A DNA stretch of 64,000 nucleotides from Octopus vulgaris (taxonomy: Eukaryota): assembly GCA_951406725.2 (NCBI GenBank), contig OX597827.1, positions 64,480,001 through 64,544,000 on the forward strand. The letters run 5' to 3'. This document shows, piece by piece, positions 59,421 through 64,000 of the stretch (the stretch's first letter is position 1; the number at the start of each line of letters is the position of its first letter). Made by a program: the position numbers and the translations under genes. The notes under the pieces are model-generated. The model searched no databases and was not told the origin of the DNA. It saw only the letters and a program-made list of their open reading frames with translations.

Positions 59421-59424
<4 letters not shown>
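59138..59424 (+). mobile_element. Hairpin-headed (TA)n-inserted repeat, copy 3 (arms ~90 bp)
   Basis: 59138-59225 versus 59233-59323 inverted; 7-nt loop; ~100-bp tail. Confidence 0.8.
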
Positions 59425-59501
<77 letters not shown>

Positions 59502-60579
59502 GTATGTATATATGGTTTTGACAGCTGGCAGTACGTATCAAGTTATTCAAATTTCAGAATAAGCACAAAAGAAGACATCACGAGGACAAGTTTTTAACAA
59601 TGGGCTTCTTTCAGTTTTTGATTACCAAATCCTCTCACAAGGTTAAGGTTATAGTCGGCCCGGGGCTATAATAGAAGACAATTGCCCAATATAAGACGCA
59701 GTGGGACTGAAGCCGGAACGATGTGATTGGGAAAGCAAAGTTCTTACCACGCAGCCACGCCTGCGCCAACGGCTACAACACCTTAATATTTCAATTTTCA
59801 CACGTTAGTTCGTTTTAGTGCATTGTGAAGGAACCCCACCCTCTCTCTCTCTAAGTACCTATCTATGCATATGTATTTGTGAATATGTGCGAAGTGTTTG
59901 TACATGTTTGTAATATGTGTGCGTTTATGTTAATGACAATCTTTATTAAGTGCCATAAGATTTATCCGTCTTAAAATTCTTGTACGGCATTTCATATTGA
60001 AGAGGCGTGTTTCGTCCTAAATTAATGATCAAGCGAATTTAGACGATCGCATTTAAAAGGAAAACCGTATGCGTAGTCTGTGAGAAAAACACTGTCTTTC
60101 TTTCTCTTTCATCGAATGTAGAAGTGTTTGCCTTGAAGCTAAGAATATAGCTGGAAGCTGGTGTGCTATTAATGTCTTGAGTGAAAAATATGTCACTTTG
60201 GATATATCTATTATATTTGTTTACGTGTGCGTGTGAGTACGAACATACGATAGAATGCATGCATGTATATACATATATGTGTGTATGTGTGCGTGTATGT
60301 ATATTTATATATATATATGTGTGTGTCTATATATACATATGTGTGAGAGAGTCTGTGTGTCTATGAATGTATGTACGCTTGTATGTGTGTTTGTATCACA
60401 GATGTACTTGCGTTTACGGACATACGTGAATGTTTGTATACTTGCAAGTACGCGCGTATTTTTCATATATGTACTGATGCTAACAACCGTGAATATCTGA
60501 TAAATATCCGCATATGCAAACATACACATATATTACACATATACAAACATACACGCATTACATACATACATACATGCAT

Positions 60580-61096
60580 GAACTCAGAACGTAGCGGCAG
60601 ACGAAATACCTATTTCTATTTCTTTACAACCCACAAGGGGCTAAATACAGAGAGGACAAACAAGGACAGACAAACGGATTAAGTCGATTATATCAACCCC
60701 AGTGCGTAATTGGTACTTAATTTATCGACCCCGAAAGGATGAAAGGCAAAGTCGACCTCAGCAGAATCTGAACTCAGAATGTAAAGACAGACGAAATACC
60801 TATTTCTTTATTGCCCACAAGGGGCTAAACATAGAGGAGACAAACAAGGACAGACATAGGTATTAAGTCAATTACATCGACCCCAGTGCGTAACTGGTAC
60901 TTAATTTATTGACCCCGAAAGGATGAAAGGCAAAGTCGACCTCGGCGGAATTTGAACTCAGAACGTAAAGACAGACGAAATACCGCTAAGCATTTCGCAT
61001 GGTGCGCTAACGTTTCTGCCAGCTCACCGCCTTCAGACGAAATACCGCTAAGCATTTCACCCGGCGTGCTAACGTTTCCACCAGCTCGCCGCCTTA
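60580..61096 (-). mobile_element. Nested SINE-B units
   Basis: Junctions GAAATACC/TATTTC at about 60610 and 60800; duplicated head segments at 60975-61095. Confidence 0.9.
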
Positions 61097-61491
61097 ATTT
61101 CTGCTAGCTTTCTGCCAACTCGCCTTACAGTACCAAAGTTTGTATTCGTCTATAGTTGCTGTGTATGCATTTTAATTCTGATGCGACCCTGTGCCTTACC
61201 ATTTAAGAGCCTTATTCACCTGAATCTTAATATATATCTTTATACATATATATATATATATTTTTGTTTTGTTTTTGTTTTTCCAGTTTCAGCTCTTGAG
61301 CTGTGGCCATGCTGGGGCACCGCCATTGTGGTGAAAGAGTACAGCAGGGATCACCACCCCCTGCCGGAGCCTCGTAGAGCTTTTAGGTGTTTTCGCTCAA
61401 TAAACACACACAACGCCCGGTCTGAGAATCGAAACCGCGATCCTGCGACCGCGAGTCCGCTGCCCTAACCACTAGGCCATTATATATATAT

Positions 61492-61988
61492 ATATAATTA
61501 GTGAATGGAAGAAATGGAGTTGAACGAAGATTGTACAGAATTCCTTTTATTACATTCTACACATGTTTCAAAGGCCACAATTTTCCAAATTCTGATTAAA
61601 TAAGGATACCATATTGCAGCTTTCTCTTCAGGAAAAACCAGGAATTACGTTGTCAGAACAAAACAAAACAACGTAATTCTGACAACGTAATTCCTGGTTT
61701 TTCCTGAAGAGAAAGCTGCAATATGGTATCCTTATTTAATCAGAATTTGGAAAATTGTGGCCTTTGAAACATGTGTAGAATGTAATAAAAGGAATTCTGT
61801 ACAATCTTCGTTCAACTCCATTTCTTCCATTCACTAATTATATTAAACTTCAATTATCCGCACCAACGCACGGTTGCAACACCATATGGTCATATCTCCA
61901 ACCGTGTTTTTTCTGCTGCGATTTTTGCTACCCAGGTATCGGTTAAACTTTTGAATAATCCGTAACAAGATAATTCATCTTTCCATTT

Positions 61989-61995
<7 letters not shown>
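61492..61995 (+). mobile_element. Penelope-like insertion: inverted pLTR plus pLTR plus tail, with hammerhead (61701-61780; mirror 61555-61634)
   Basis: 167-bp perfect inverted arms, 18-nt spacer, ~150-bp tail, (TA)n on both sides. Confidence 0.8.
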
Positions 61996-62055
<60 letters not shown>

Positions 62056-62478
62056 CTTGGAGTGGTGATGCTGCTGGATGACCAGCGTATAGTCACTGAA
62101 TTTAAATCCAATGTCATTTCCTGCTATCTATTCTGGTAATTTTAGCGTGTTTTGTAAGAATTTACAAGAACCACAAATAGCCATAACGATTATTTATGGA
62201 ATTACAAATCCCACTTTGGACCACAGGTCATACGTCAAATGTATTACATGTCGCTAAGTCATATATCATTTAAAACAAACGAAGGGGGAGTTATGTGTTC
62301 ACTCTTCCTTGTTAGAAATAGTAACGCAGTTTTCGTTATACAATTCTGACGCAAATGTTTAGGAAGATGACTAATAAGAAACAAGAATTAAAAGAGAACC
62401 AACATGTATTAACGAATAACTGGGTGTGATAAAAAGGAAATACAAGGCAGCGCGCTGGCAGAAACGTATTCAACACAC

Positions 62479-62596
<118 letters not shown>

Positions 62597-62945
62597 TATG
62601 CATAGTGCCAAAGATCCCAGCAATGCCATCACGCTTCAGGACCAGCTACTGCAGCAGCCTGGGTTTCAAGGGCCCACAGCTTTTTAATATTCTCCCAAAG
62701 AGTCTGAGGAACTTGCACAAAGTAGATGTAGCGGTTTTTAAATCAAAGCTGGACATTTTCCTGTCGAGAGTCCCAGATGAACCTACCTCACAGCAAGAGG
62801 TGCAAATGAGAGTTGCTGTATCAAACTCCATTCTTCACCAAGTGCCACATATTAGAGGAGGCTCTTCGTAATAACAGTGTAGCAGAAAACGGCGGTGCAT
62901 CAGCATGGCCGCAGCTCTGAGCTGAAACAAGAAAAACGAAAAATG
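62597..62945 (+). mobile_element. CR1/L2-group LINE 3' end
   Basis: [44 protein letters not shown]; 3' UTR hairpin CAGCTCTGAGCTG shared with the SINE-A tail. Confidence 0.8.
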
Positions 62946-63216
62946 AAAAACGAAATAAATAGAGCAATAAGAAAATGGAGGGGATCAATAGGTGGTATTT
63001 ATCAACTTTTAAACATTATATTACGTCAACTTATTTATTTATTTACTGAAATGACAATTACAAGAATATACATACATGTATAACATATGCTTTACATATA
63101 AAATATATTAATATATAAAGATATCAGTAATTATTAAAATATAAGATACAGAGGAATATAAATTGGGATATATATATGTATATGTATATATATATATATG
63201 GATATATATGTATATG

Positions 63217-63264
<48 letters not shown>

Positions 63265-64000
63265 CGCGAATGTTATACGTATGTGTCTAGTACATATGTA
63301 AACGTGCGCATGTATATATACATAACTAAACATATCCATACATACACGCGCACACTCATACACATGCAGAAGTAGAAAGTGCATATTTTTAAAAAATACT
63401 TATTTCTCAAAAGCTAAAATAGAATGTTCGCAATATGCGATTTATTATTCAACATCTTGCACTGTAGATTTCTATAACTATTTTTATCTATATTTACCTT
63501 ACTAGTCTTTATGAATTATATTCTAAAATACTTACAAGTAATGTTACAAATATTTTTGAAACCTATTGCGGTTTCACATTATCACTCCTTCCGTTTGACT
63601 GTCACTACATTTGGTCGCCAGATCTTTTTCACATCGTCCACTACAAATTCAAACGCTTTGTCGATCCGTTGGCACCCTTTTTCATTCAATATTTAAAACA
63701 CATTACATAATTCGTTTTGTGAAATAAATGGACTTTTATGATCACACTTCGTAGATTTTGAGAGCGTGAGGACTGTAAGTTTTGAGACAATCTAGTATAT
63801 TTTGTACTCAAAACCCATTCTAATAGTCAGTTCACAGTTGAATTTAGTTTTACTTTTACTCATTTCTGTCCTTCTGTCTTACGCTCTCACACATATATAG
63901 GTCTTGCAGATAAATTAAGACAAATTTTACCATGCTTAAAACTGGTTATAAATACTAAAATAATGGTAGTAGACAGATATAATTTTAATGTAACATTTAT

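Overview
AT-rich, microsatellite-saturated animal DNA. The repeat repertoire (tRNA-derived SINEs, (AT)n/(ACAT)n/(TATC)n/(AAT)n tracts) looks like an Octopus/cephalopod genome; this is inferred from pattern recognition, not from a database search. I recognise no host protein-coding exon, rRNA, intact tRNA gene or CRISPR array, so the window is probably intronic or intergenic, and nearly all listed ORFs are translations of simple repeats. The content is decayed or non-autonomous mobile DNA: a Penelope-like RT/GIY-YIG pseudogene, two R4/Dong-type RLE retrotransposon families, Tx1-like and CR1-like 3' ends, maT (DD37D), mariner and Tc1 relics, a Helitron, several MITE/foldback elements and at least five SINE families. 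The most notable signal is a set of hammerhead-ribozyme (HHR) motifs in non-autonomous Penelope-like repeats. One (2099-2166, minus strand) has all three HHR strands in a non-circularly permuted order; another lies in a perfect 167-bp-arm palindrome. Also notable are a SINE with a Tx1-like 3' tail and a GGT target preference, and an apparent partition of retroelement families among microsatellite types.
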